Positions 43,001-55,911 of a stretch of 64,000 nucleotides of DNA are shown here, piece after piece (the stretch's first letter is position 1; each line of letters starts with the position of its first letter). The stretch is from positions 1 through 64,000 of the forward strand of contig DF237288.1 in the NCBI GenBank assembly GCA_000708835.1. The letters are read 5' to 3'. The DNA comes from Klebsormidium nitens. Its lineage: Eukaryota > Plantae > Klebsormidiophyceae. The notes below the pieces were generated by a model. The model saw only the letters and a program-made list of their open reading frames with translations. It was not told the DNA's origin and did not search any database. The position numbers were made by a program, and so were the translations under genes.

Positions 43001-46000
43001 GTAGGGTATGTGCCTCGGTTCAGATGTGTAAGCCGGGCATGAACGAGCGGATGCTAAGCCCATAGTTCGGTTGCGTGGCCGCTCGCAGGCCGAATTCGAG
43101 AAGTGGCGGCAGGAGCGCGAGGAGGAGCAGAAGCGCGCGGCCGACGAGGACAAGGGCCTGCGCAGGAACCCGGTTAGCCTGCCCCGCCCCGTCCTTGCCA
43201 GGGCGGCCAGCACGGCCGCTGACGTCTGCAACATGTCAAGCCAGCTGCAGCACACGGTCATTCATATGTTAACTTGTCGCTTTCCAACTGTCCCATGCCT
43301 CGCGTCTTGTGTGGCCTCCTCGCACAACCTTTGAGTCTCCCGAATTCAGGGATGACGAGTCCGACACGAAAGCCTGGTCGAGCACGGCTCTTTGCACGCG
43401 TGGCAAGGATGCGTCCCGCTGGCTGACGGTGTCCCGGCCCTTCTGTCGCAGGTGGACGCGTTCCCGGCGGATGCCGTCTTTTTCATCCGCGTTCTCAATC
43501 TGCTACGAGGTACAGCGTCAAGCCTCGCCCTTCTTCATGTGCAGTGCGAAGCCACCACCCACCGCGGTCAACCTGTCATGTCTTGTATAGACCGTCGTTC
43601 CGGTCGCTTTCGTTCGCGCTGCTTATTCTGGAAGCGTGTTGAGTGAAAGCAGCGAGAGTGTATTAGCAGGCAACGGATAAAACTACCTTTCCTACAGCGT
43701 TTCTTCCACGGACACAGGCATCACCCTCCAAATTTCGGAGGTCCTCTGCTCTCTCCGTCCTTTTGCTGGGCGCATGCCGACTTTGCTGACGGCGGGCTGG
43801 GCTGTCGGGTGCAGGCTTGTCGAGCAGCCTGGACACGCGCATCGAGTACCTCGAGGTGATGCGCCCCTTTGCGGAGGCCACGCTGTCCAGGTAGCCCACC
43901 GCAAAACCCACATATTTGCATCACACTCAGTTGAACATCTTCAGCGCCAGCCCTGACCACGTTTTGAAATCCAGTCTAAATCAGCAGCCCAGTGCGCTTC
44001 GTCGTGCGTACCCCTCTTACTCTCTGCACGGTGCACAGTGCTCCTTTGTCGATCTCTGAGCTGCTCCTCTCCCTCTGTGCCGCAGCGAGCTGCAGTCTGC
44101 GGCCGGCCCTTCGGCCCCCTCGTTCGTGCTGGCCACCCCTGTTCGCAGCGTTGTGGACGAGCGCGTACGCGCGCTGCTCACCCAGCTGGCGCAGGGCGGC
44201 AATCTGCAGGGCATCCAGGTTAGTCGCTGCTGCGCTGCGAGCGTCCGGCCCACTGATTATCGGCCGGACTGCCTTTGCGCCACACTGCCTTGCTGCCTGG
44301 CTCCGTTGTATGGCTTGGCTTGGTTGCTTGTGCTGTAATTGACTGAGAGTATACCGATCTCTGTTCTGCCCAAGGTGACGGTTTTGGTGCTTCGTTCAGG
44401 GAAGGGCTGCAGGTAGGTGTTGAAAGAAGTTTGCGTTTTGGGGGTAGCGGGAACGGTTGCGAATGTTTAAATGGGGCGTGGGAAGCTGGATGGAGATGGT
44501 GTGGCACGCCGCCACGGTTTCTTCTTCCTTCACCGCCTGTGCTGCTTTCCCCCCAGTCCTCTGCCTGACCGGGTGCCGCTGTGCAGGTGTGCGTGTACCA
44601 CCGGGGCGCGGTGGTGGTGGACTGCGCGGGGGGCCGCCTGGGCCGGTACGATCCTCGGCCCGTGCAGCTGGACTCGCTCTTCCCCTGCTTCTCCGTCACC
44701 AAGGGCGTCACCGCCGGCCTCCTGCACTGGCTGCACGACAAGGGGTGAGCGCCACACGATCGTTGAACCGGGCGGCTGTTAAAAGTAGACAAAGTGTGTT
44801 TGCGTTTCCCTAGTGCCCCTTGCATGGCGAGGCTTGGTTGCGAGGAGGCACCGCGAGCGGTCTCCGCCCTCGCTCACAATGCTTTGGTCTACATCACGGG
44901 GAACAGAACGTGGAGAGGCAGTGCGCGTATCCCGTGGCTGCCTCCACTGACTCGGCCGCCTGTCTGACGCCCCGCTCGTGCTGGTGCAGCAAGCTGCCGT
45001 TCGACGCGCTGGTGGGCAGCGTGTGGCCCGGCTTCGCCAAGAACGGCAAGGAGACTACCACCGTGAGTGCTATTATCCGCTCAGGCAGCGACGGCACTGT
45101 CAAAACTCCGCCTTAAAGGCTTCTACGTTCCTAGCAGAGAATAGACCTTTTAAAAAACTCAACACTCTCTATCGAAGCCCTCCCCATGCCAATGCCCGAG
45201 CCTGCCGTTTCTCTGTTCTGCTGGTTGCCCCTGCCCGCTGACCCGTGGCTGCTCCAGGTGGCCCATCTGGCGACCCACCGTGCGGGCCTGCCGCACGCGG
45301 GGACCAAGGACGTGGTGGCCAACCCCACCGTGGTGCGCGACTGGCAGAGCATGCTGCGCCTCATGGAGGAAGCGTGGCCCGAGACGCCGCCCGGCACGAA
45401 CCAGATGTACCATTGTGAGGCATCCTCGCAGGATCGAGGCGTTGCTGTCGTTCGGACTACTTTTCCATTGCAGCAAATTGCCACCAAGAGGCCCTTCAAC
45501 TTGCTTCTTGCTTATACCCTGGGCCCCCAGTGTACTGCTTTTGACAAGCTGGGCCCGCACACAGGATCTTAGAACCTTTGGTGGCTTGTTTGGATCTCCT
45601 TGCAAGGACGTGTCCTGCGGTGCTCGTTGTAGCGCTATACGTCCTGCATCTCCATGCTCGTCTCCTCCTTCCAGTTGGCCGCTTTCGTCTGCTGAAGAGG
45701 ATGTGGAGTAATCCAAGTATGCTGTGCTGAGGTCCGGTCCCAAATTGGCCGCAGATTTGAGCTTTGGCTGGCTGGCGGGCGGCCTGATCGAGGCCGCTGC
45801 GGGCCACTCGTACGGGCGGCTGCTGCAGGCCGTGTTCGCCACCCCGCTCGGCCTGGACGGCGAATTCTACGTGGGCATACCTCCAGGTCAGCAGCGCACT
45901 GACAGGGTCTTCTTCTGTAAATGCCGCAACCAATAGCCGTCGCACATTTGCGGGGTGGGCAGCCCTGTTCGGGGCGTCATTCCAGCACCCACCCCCAGGG

Positions 46001-47161
46001 CCCTGGATCGAATACAAAAGCGGGCACTGATCCGGCGATCATTTTATCGAAGACCAAAGGTCGTGTACGTTCCGGATAGCTTTGCTTGCTTCAGCTTTGC
46101 AAAACAAGCAAGACGAGTTTTCGCTTGTCTGAGGATACGAGCGTGTTGTGTTTGCTTCGGCGCAACAAGACTTGCAAGAGCTCCCAAGCTTTATATGGTG
46201 AACTTCGGTACCAGTGAACTCCGCTTGTCTTCGCCCTCCCGCAGGTGTTGAGACCCGCCTGGCCAGCTTAAGTATGGACCGCCCGACCCCCGGAACGGCG
46301 TTGGCCACCGCGCTGGCCACCCGTCAGAGTGTAACACCACAACCCGGGGCAGCCGCTTCAAGCAGCCCGGCAGGGGACGCCCCCGTGCCCGTGGTCGAGC
46401 CGCCGGGTCCGACCTCCGAGGTGGGTGACGCAGGCCCAGGCAGCTCTGCTGACGTGGCAGCGGGGGTGGGGCCGGGGGGCAGCAGCTCAATCGGAAACGT
46501 AGGAAACCTGGCGGCGCTTCCGCTGGTGTTTAACAACCTGTTCGTGCGCCGAGCGTGCATCCCGTCCGCCAACGGGCACTTCTCTGCGCGGGCGCTAGCG
46601 CGCTTCTATGCATCCATGGCGCGAGCGGGGGCCATTCCGCCAGCACACCCCGGCTGGGATCGCTCCACTGAAACGCCCCAAAAAGCGGCCGAGAAAGGAG
46701 GGGACAAAAGTCGGCCGGGGCTGTTCCGGAGAGGTGTGAAGAAGGGCAGTGTTGCGGAGGAGACGCCCGCCCCCATTGACGTGGCGCTGAGCAGCGACGG
46801 GCGGTTGTTCGATCGGCCGGCCGAGCAGGTATTTGCGGGCATCACCGGGGTGGGGCCGTACGCCCCGCTGGTGCCGCCTGAGTCGCACTGGGGCCTGGCC
46901 TTCGGCCGCTTCTTCCTCCCGGGCGTCAGCGCGGCCGACCAGAGTGGCGGGCGCGTGATCGCATTCGGGCACAGCGGCATGGGCGGCTCCACCGCCTTCT
47001 GCGACCCGGAGCACGACTTCGCGATCGCGGTGACCATCAATAAGATGACGGTCGCGCACAACGAGACCAAGGCCGTGGTCCGCCTCGTGTGCGAGCAGCT
47101 GGGCGTGCCCGTCCCGGCCAGCTTCCTGCTGCAGCCACCGCCGGAAGCACAGGCCACGTAG
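40090..47161 (+). CDS. ABC1 (UbiB/ADCK) atypical kinase fused to a C-terminal beta-lactamase-like domain, multi-exon
   Basis: RRLKVFAMAIAVFFDYK, PLATASIAQ|VHRA, VVVKVQH, GFFNADPHPGNFL, ILLDFGLTK; then QVCVYHRG, FPCFSVTKG (SxxK), HLATHRAGL, PSANGHFSARALARFY, FGHSGMGGSTAFCDP. Resembles the plant ABC1K/beta-lactamase fusion family. Confidence 0.92.
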
Positions 47162-49370
47162 AAGGGGGGGGAGCGGAGCGCCGCTTTGTCCTGCATGTGC
47201 CGGCGGCAGAGGGTCCTGCTCAGGACAGGTTTCAAGGACCGCTTAAGACCGTTCGTAGAAAGGTGCGGTTACTGTTGAAGCAGACAGAGTTGTTCACCAA
47301 CTTGTATCATACATATATGCTTGCATTGGGCAAATTATTTTCAGCAGGATTGACTACTTCCGGAAAGATTTCTTCGGTTGAAACCGCTATTTTTATCAAC
47401 GAAACTGCAACCTAAGATTTGGCACGGACACTGCTTATGCACATAGTCGATCACGAAAACTACTCGTTTGTCTCGGTTTCTACTTTCGACGATTTCGATC
47501 GACCTTCTGGCACGCGCTGCTCATCAGATGAGCATGTCGACTCCGGGATTTGCTAAGCCATGGTGAGAAATGTTAAATTGGACATAAATTGTATTGCTTC
47601 CTTGCAAGTGTGAGATTGAGAAATGTTGTGGCCTCTAAATTATTTACCTCTACTTACACTACTTGTATGCTCTTCGACCTCGCGGGCCATGCCATACCTG
47701 TGGTCATTCGATATTTCACCAGTCCACATAATATTCGAACCCGCACGTCAGTCAGCCTATAAGCGCGGCTTGGAGTGGGATCAAATGGATTCCTGCCTGC
47801 ATGCAATGCAATGTTAAGCAGGTCGACCTGTTCGACTTACGAAGTGTTACAAAGAGTGCTATGGATAACCATGAATTCGGACGTGTATGTTGACGAGGAG
47901 ACGCAGATTTAATTCATTCGCACCACCTACATATATGTCACCTGTATATTGAGATTGAGGCGCATAAAGTAGCAACCTCCGACCACATGCATAAATTCAA
48001 ATCGGCCAACAACCATGTGACAGCTAGACTACGTCCGGGCCGGATCGGTGAGCGTCGCAGTTGCAATCTGGCCGCCGGAAGCCAGGTTAGTGCGAAGCAC
48101 TTAACATCTGGTCAGGTTCTTGATCGAGAGTGCCGAAGTCGCTGCGCCCTGAATCACCAGGCTTCTAGTTCACAAAGAGTCAGGACGGTACTGGGGGAAT
48201 GCAGAACCAGAGCCTCCGAGGTTTGGTTCAGCATGAAGGTGTAAAGGACCGAGCGTGTAAACCAGGGTCGTCTGTTGAGTGCTGTAGCAAGCGATCAGGG
48301 TGCAAGCATTCCAATTATTCGGATGGGCCCCATCTCAATTCGAGCGTTGAGTGCAGACAAGATCTTGCGTGCTGACGAGAAACTTCTAGTTCGTGCTTCT
48401 GGATCTTATCCGAGGTTCGCAGTTGGTTGATGAAGTAAAGAACAGCGTTTGGTGCCAATTGCGTCTGCACAATTTGATACACAGCTCGCGAAACTTTTCA
48501 GCTCGAAAAGACAACCGACGACCACACCAACCACAGAAACCCCTCTCCAGTGGGCAAAACACACATTGATGACCATGGCTGGATGAGCGGTTTGATCGTG
48601 ACTTGCATCGATTGATTCAGGAGGACCAAACAACACAGGCAAACTTTGATGCAATCTGTTCCATGTTCCTGCAGCTGAACGGCTGCTTGCCCACTGGTGG
48701 CATAAGAGCGGGCACTGCAGCTGGTGGTCTAAAATCTACAAAGATTCAACTCCAAACCCGTAGAGTTTTGGGTCTGAGCAAGCAGCCATTAAGGGGTGGG
48801 CAAGGGCTGGTCAGGGTGACTTTTACACGCAAATATCTCCTAACCCTCTCTTAATCGTACGATTGAACTCCTCGCTATAACAACCGAGGACCACGTCATT
48901 GCGCTCGGAACGACCATCAGGTGCAATCGCAACCGTTCAGAAAGGGCAGCTTCGTATCTGGCGGTGCGGAACAATGGTTCCGTCATTTGGGTAAGGTTCG
49001 GTCTCCCCTGTGTGCGATCCCTGTGTGCGATCGGTGACGAATCTCTACATAATGCCCGCCATTTGATTGGCCGGCTCAAGTTTGTAAGTTAGTCTGTACC
49101 AATGGACAATGCTGCAAGGTTGAGCTCGGGTCGAACGGGCCACAGCGCCTGAAGGACGACGCTTACTTTTTCACTGCCAAGCTACGAATGTCAGGGGAGG
49201 AAGAGGATTGCAAGAAGGAGAACGAAACGTGATGTCACACTTGGGGATATCTCTAGAAACGTAACATTCAGTCAGTTGCTGAAGCGCTGCTTCTGAGCAC
49301 TGCCAAGGCGCGAAATAATGGAAGACTCTCTTCTTCGTGTGTTGTCTTCACCGAGTCAGCTAAAGGAGGA

Positions 49371-51288
49371 ATGCGAACAATTTCTGACAAAGGTAAGACG
49401 TCTACATCTGTGCTCTTTAAAATGATCTGCTCATCATCAAAGGAAGGGATGCTCCTATGGTGTTCGAAACGGGCATTAATTCACTTCTCTCCACCTCCAG
49501 AAAAAATCCAAGTACCTTCGTCTGACAGATATGTATGTTTTGATTGCATATTGAAGCTTGTCAACAAATTCGGTTTGCAGGAAACAGTATTTCAAGAGGA
49601 GAGAGGAGTTGGCCTGGTAAACTTTCTGAAAACGATCGTCCGTGCCGCGTTTGCAAACAGTGTTGCGACCTCTAATGTCGCAAGGGAGGTCCTTGGACGT
49701 CAACGGGAGCTAAGAGGCGGAGTTACAGCTCTAAAATCAGACATGCAGGAGATGCTCGATCATCAGGTTTCCGAAGCCTCCAGAGATTATAGGAGGATCC
49801 TCAAAATCGTCTCTGAAGCCTCGAACATGCAAGAACGAAGGGAAGAAAGCCTACGCCAAGAAAATGCAGCCTTGAGGTTCACGATTGAGGGCAAGGAATT
49901 GCAAATCAAGCAACTGCATGAAGCGATGAACCAACTGAAAATAGAAGCAGCGCAGGGTTCAACTGCTCTATCAAATTTGCGGCTTGAGAAGCTGCAATTG
50001 CTGGAGCGCGCCGAGGCATTCGAACGGCTCTTGGAAGAAAGGTCTCAAAACTTGGTAGACACAACGTTTAGGTTCGAGCAGCAAGGAATCAAAGATCAGT
50101 TGGATATTTCCAGACTTGAAAACGATCTACGGGATGGGAAGCAGAGATCAGCTTTCTTGCGGGGAAAGTTGCGGTCAGGAGCTGAAGAGCTGGAAAGCGT
50201 TGGCAGACGCTTGAGGAGGCTTGAAGCAACTCTGCAAGGTCTTGTCGTGGTCCTAAAATGGCAGGCAGATGCCACGCAACAAAAGTCATGCAGAGCAAGG
50301 GAGCTGGAGAACAACATCGACCAACTCTCCTTGGCCCTTCATCAGAAACTGGAGGATGAGGCTGAAAAGAATCAGAAGGTGCTTGTACTGCAACAAGAGC
50401 AACAACAAGAGCTGCAAAACCAAAAGTGCAGATTGACGAACCTAGAGGAGAGCATGCAGCTTGTCGAGGAGTCTCACAGGACAACAAGAGCAAACCTTAA
50501 TCTGAAACAAGCACAGCTGTTGTTGAATCTCACAAAGCTTGAGGAAGCAGAAAAGCTGATCAAAAGCAAAGACATCGAGTCAAACAAGGTTCACTCAGAG
50601 CTCAGAGAGACACAAGAGAAGTTAGATCTGGTGACGCTGCAATCTGAGAGGAAAATCAGCGAATGCGAAAATCATGCAGAGGTTTGCAACAACTTGAGAC
50701 GAGGAAAGAATCCAAAAGGAGCCGATGAGATTGCCTGGACGTCCAAACCCAAAGAAGTAGAGCTTGACACCTCCTTATCAAAACTCTTCGAATCAGCGAA
50801 CGGAGACGAGACCGCAAGCAGATCTTCACAGTGGGGGACGGAAGCAATGAATGAAGACAACACTTTGGCGGTCTGCATTGCTGATCTCAGCAGCACATGC
50901 AAAGCCGAAAGTTCGAAGCCAACGGTTGAATCCTACGCTGACTCGCCTATAAAGAAGGTGAATACTGTCCCAAAAGGTCTTAGCGCTTGGATCGACGAAG
51001 ATTGCGACGTTCTTACAGTTACTCCGGCCGACGACGAAGATTCGCAAAGTGACGTGTGGCTAGAGTTCGATGCTGCCAGGTAAGTTTGTGCTTTTTGATT
51101 GTTAGTGTACTTCTCTCGTGGTCGATATATCCAGCTTCACTGGTAAGTCCTGACAAGGAAGATTGTCATTGAGAAGCGAAACCGGCAATTAGAACCATAA
51201 TATCAATACTATCGTTATCGAGATAGTATCGTTGACGATGTTGCCGTGCCTGTTGTGCAGGAACGCATCCAAGAGGGGCTTCACTGCT
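49371..51288 (+). CDS. Hypothetical long coiled-coil protein
   Basis: 570-aa open frame with extended E/Q/L/K-rich heptad-like region. Donor-like sites at about 49392 (AAAG|GTAAG) and 51079 (CCAG|GTAAG) suggest extra terminal exons; possible last exon about 51260-51288. No family recognised. Confidence 0.65.
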
Positions 51289-52329
51289 GAAAAGCATTTC
51301 TGGACAGGTGCTTCAGGCCCGCCCTACAAGAAACTGCGGTCGTGCAACTGATTGTGACTCTGGCTTCCAGCCTCCACGGGCAATGAAGAGCGGCTTTAGA
51401 TCTGGCCAAGCGGCCCGCACTTGAGAATTGGTTGAGATAGCACCACATACAACCAATGAAGTACGTCGAATGGGTGAGTAGATTCATATTATCTTTGCCA
51501 CCACTGTAAGCCGAGCGCTCTCGGCAGCGTGCATGTGTATACATGTAGGCAATGCATCTCCTGAAAAGCGGCGCGGTACATGATGCAACAGTCCCTGCGC
51601 TGTAGTTGGATACACATTCAAGGCCTAACTCGCAATGTGTACCCAGGACTCTAAGTTGACCACTGAATGATGCATCGCGGGTGTGTACCGTTGGAAAGAA
51701 CTAAGTTAGCTCTTCTTGATCATGCATAACCCGCATTTCAAGCACATGGGTACATGCATGAACCATGCAGGCTTTGGGTTAGACTGCCGGCGCAAAGTGA
51801 AGCTCTTGTTGAATATCACAATGATGAACGAAAGGGCCCAGGCTGTCATGGGACGACTGGCCATCACCCGCCGCCGCACGGCGTCCCTAGCTCCATGTAC
51901 GTGGTCAGTAAACACTTATTAGCTCGAGAAATCTACATTTGGGTCGGCATGCTTATCTAAGCCCGAAAGCGAGTCTTAGCTCAGAATGCATACTGCACTC
52001 GGCAAAGTGTGCCAAAAGTGATCGAGCAAGAGTTGGAGGAAGATCCCAATGCAGCTAGGCGCAGTCAAAAGCTTGCAATGCACATGCCATTCTAAGATGA
52101 GTATAGTTTGGATCTGAAAGACAATCTGGACCAGCCCTTTACACGAAATCATGCCGTCTGCCAAGAAGCGTCAAAGTGAACCCTGTCTAGACAATTGAAC
52201 GAGGCAATCTTTGCGACTTGTGGCGAGGCCTGGTATGCCCATAAGAAATCACATCGAGAAAGCATATTATATCACCGGGATGGCATACTAACAGCGCTCT
52301 TACAGCATGATCGATACCCGTCAACAGAA

Positions 52330-55054
52330 TCATTTCCGTTTACTTCGCCTCTTTTTAGTTGGTCGTGGTATTGACTGCAAAGATGTTGGGGTACTACTGA
52401 CTACTTCTGTTTGATGCATACTTGAAGCCATGGGCAACGGTTGCTGACCTGCTTCGTTCAAAGTTGGAATACCAAGTGCCTCTTTCACCTTCGGTACCTT
52501 GAGAACTGCAAGACGATTGGCATGTTAGGAGCAAAAGAAAGAGTAAGACTCGAAGGACACCAGTTACACCTCTGTCAACAAAGGACGGGGTTATATCCTT
52601 CCTGGCACTTCTCAGAAGCTTTAGCAGGAGGCAGAGGGCTTACGTGAGCTTTGCAGCAACGAGAAGAGGTTGGACGGGATCCAGTAGCAGAAGAGGGCCT
52701 GCACATAAAGCACGCACGTCAGAGCAAGCCCGATGTTGCTCACTTTGCACTTCCAATACAGAGACGACCACAGGGTGCCACTTGTAGGCACAAATCCGTG
52801 TTGAGCTAGCGAAATCACCAGCCCCGACACTGCAGGCAGAGGGCAAAGCGAATCAGGCGTCACCTTCTCAAAGGACATGGTGAGGGGAACCATGGCCACC
52901 CCCAGGACGCGCATCGCCATTTTCATGGTCTTGGCCATGGGCTGCCCCTGCATGCCCTCCATGGCTCCCACCTGAGAAACGAGAGCGACAAGTTAGAGAG
53001 ACTTCACGATAGGCAGGCGCCAGGAAGTTGCAGGGATGCCATGCCTGGTGGCCCTGCTGAGGGCCAACCCCAGCGAGGCTTCGATTCATGACCACCAACG
53101 CTTCATGGTACAATGGAGACAGCAACCGCAGATATGGCATACTCTGAGAGAGATTGTGCGCAGCGAAAACGGGGGCTAGCCTGCAACCTGCAGCGGCTCG
53201 CAAAGGATTCGCTCTTTGGGACATGATGTGCGGGCAGGGCCGTGCTCACCTCAACAGTGATCAGGAAGGTGGCAGCGCAGATGGTGGGCAGCAGGTAGGT
53301 GGGGTCAGCGCCAGACAGGTCCGTGAACCAGAAGAGGCCCCCTTCCTTGAACGACGGCAAATTCTCTGACATCCGCCGAATCTGAGAAGATGGATCCATT
53401 GGTCCAATGAAAGACGGCAGGAAGTGCCGGGTCATAGCGAGGTGCAATTCGATGGCTACCCAAAGATAAGCTGACTAACACCCTTCTGCACCGGATCAAG
53501 GGATTATGAGCTGCATCAGCTTACCGCCAAGAAGAAGCCAATGAAGAGGGGAGCTTGTGCAAACGCCCCTGCCATCGTCTTGAGCGGATTCACATTGTAT
53601 CTGCATGCGGAAGGAAGAGACCACCCTTGAACTTGCAGTACATGGTTTGGAAGCAAAGGGATCTATGCACGCTGTCAAGAAACACAGCCATTTCCCAGTC
53701 CTTTCACCACTGAAAGGCTTTCCCAGCACCAGGTGCTTCTTGAGGTACTACCAGCGAAAAGGCCATATCCCAAATAGGAAACAACCGCTGATTCACGGCT
53801 TGGCCTGCTCTGCTGCCCTTACTTCTTCATAACTTCTGACATCTGTCGCTGGATCTCCTGCGTCGCCTGGTGGTCGGTTACCTGCACAAGGATGCCAACA
53901 CACTCAGAACCTACCCAACGTTAAGGTGAATGTGCCGGCCAGCTCAGACTAAGATTGGACAAGCAACACGCTAACTGGGTTGCTCGTTCAAAGGGTTCAC
54001 TTACATTCTCCCTCATCTTCTTGGACAGCACTTCCAGCTCAGGGCGGGCCGCCTGCATACAAGGGCAGCCAGTGAGCAGGCCAGACAGAGGGATCATCCT
54101 ACGGGAAGTTGCTGGCACAGACAGACGGGAGGGCGCCGCCAGGACACTGGAGCACAGTCAGCAGCGTAGCAGAGACACATGCTGGAAGCGTTTCAAAGGA
54201 AAGACGCAGTCGTGGGGCGCACCGACATCCTGGCCGTTGATCGCATCTGGAAGAGGGTGATGGGGAAGAGGCAGGCGCGCGCAGTCAGAGTGGTGGCGGC
54301 GATGGTGGCCCACCTGCAGGCCGCAGCGCACGCGGGGGAGTGAGCCCCAGCCAGAGGCAATCAGGCGCCAGAGCACTGCAACCACTATGCGAAAGGTAGA
54401 TCTGCTACAAGTAGTGCAGTGCGCCGTCTTATTCAAGGGTAAAAGCGCTTCGCCTGGGGGTAAAAATAGAGGCAGGGACATCTCCCCCTTGCGTGACAAG
54501 GTAGTCAGATGGATCAAACCTCTAGAGCCCATGTCATACTGCCACACCATTACCAATTTCTGCCCACAGGCGCTTGATGTGACTGTGCCTGAGGACTGCG
54601 CTGAATGCTGTGCCTACCAGGGCAGGCCGGTGTACTGGTGCATCGCCTCCAGCATGTACTGAATGGCAGCGATGGGGGCCGCCGATTCGCTGGCGATGGC
54701 GGCCACCTCGCTGCCCCCGCTGGCAGCCGCGACAGACACACTCTGTACCACCTCTGCAGCAGCAGCATCAGCGGGCGAGCTGCTGAAGCACCGGCCTCCG
54801 CCTGACGCCCACAGGGTTGCGGGGAGCAGCCCACATGGCAGAAGAGGCCCCTGGGAGAGACGATTGTGGCCACTGCTCAGGCCAATGACACCTGCCTCCA
54901 GCTTGGAGGGGGACGACGCTGCTTGACGGGTCCCATCAGGAGGCTCGTCATCTCGGACTGGCCCAGCCCAAACATGAGCAGCGCTGAGCGCATTGAAATG
55001 CCAATGCTCTGCGGCGCGCACGCCAAGGCGCAAAGAACTGCGAAGGCGCAGCAT
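52330..55054 (-). CDS. OXA1: Mitochondrial inner membrane insertase OXA1 (YidC/Oxa1/Alb3 family), multi-exon
   Basis: Presequence-like MLRLRSSLRLGVR; HQYTGLPW|WATIAATTLTARACLFP; ENLPSFKEGGLFWFTDLSGADPTYLLP; ALFCYWIPSNLFSLLQ; LKVPKVKEALGIP; basic tail KKRRSKRK*. Confidence 0.9.
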
Positions 55055-55786
55055 TGCAAGAAAAAGAGCAGCGCCGATGCCACTACCTGACCCTGCCGCT
55101 ACCAACTACCAGCCACGCTCAACACGCAGCGCCGCTGCCACTGCCAGCCAGGTAACTTTGAATTTCAAAGCGTGGGCAATTTGCCTGAGCCTCATGTGCA
55201 GTGCAGCAACTTCGTCCCTTTGCCCAGTATTCTTCCACTAGAAGTGGCAGGGTTAGATGAACTTGATTAGAATTGGTTGTTTCTTTCACGATTTAAGGCT
55301 TTGACTGTGAGCTCAGTTCTAAGAGTTGTACAGATGCGGCTTTTGGCAACCGTGCGGCGGCGGCTCCGTGCCTCTTGCCACGGAACTTTTTACTCCCCAA
55401 TTTGGTTGATCAAGAGTTTCCAAGTTTAGCACAATGTGCATGATGATTGGTTCCATTCTTGCAGACTCCAAAACTACTTGAAGTTGAAGTAGCCTACTTG
55501 TCCGCTGCCTCATCGGATGCTGTAGTACATGCAGTGTGTACTACTACTAGACTCCGAGTCCGACTCCGAGTCGCTTCCAAATTTGGCGCCAAATCTTCCT
55601 CACTGGGCTTTCATTGTTTCATTGTCAACAAAGCTTGAATAGTGCAAGCGCCAACAACAATATTGAAGCTGGACAGGAGGTCTTCCCATGAGCCAAAGGT
55701 TCCGGGCTCGGGAGAAGCGCTCACGAGGCTGTCAAGGCTGAGGTAGCCATGAGATTTGTTTTCTGGATGGTACATGCACCCCAGTG

Positions 55787-55839
55787 TTGCGAAGGCTGAG
55801 GGTCCCCTTCATCAATTGCGAAGGCTGAGGGTCCTCTTC
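55787..55839. repeat. Short tandem duplication (period 29) in the OXA1/SPT16 divergent intergenic region
   Basis: ttgcgaaggctgagggtcc at 55787 and 55816. Confidence 0.8.
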
Positions 55840-55911
55840 GACGGCGCTTCCCAGTGAACACACAGTTCCATCATTGCTTGGCGTCATCAAAATCTACTAT
55901 AATTGGCGCTG

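Noticed and set aside
47600-49100. Short ORFs in the ABC1K/coiled-coil intergenic region
   Set aside because: Fragmented frames with no motif support; possibly decayed repeat.
51205-51232. Small hairpin atactatc...gatagtat
   Set aside because: 8-bp stem inside a probable intron; expected by chance.
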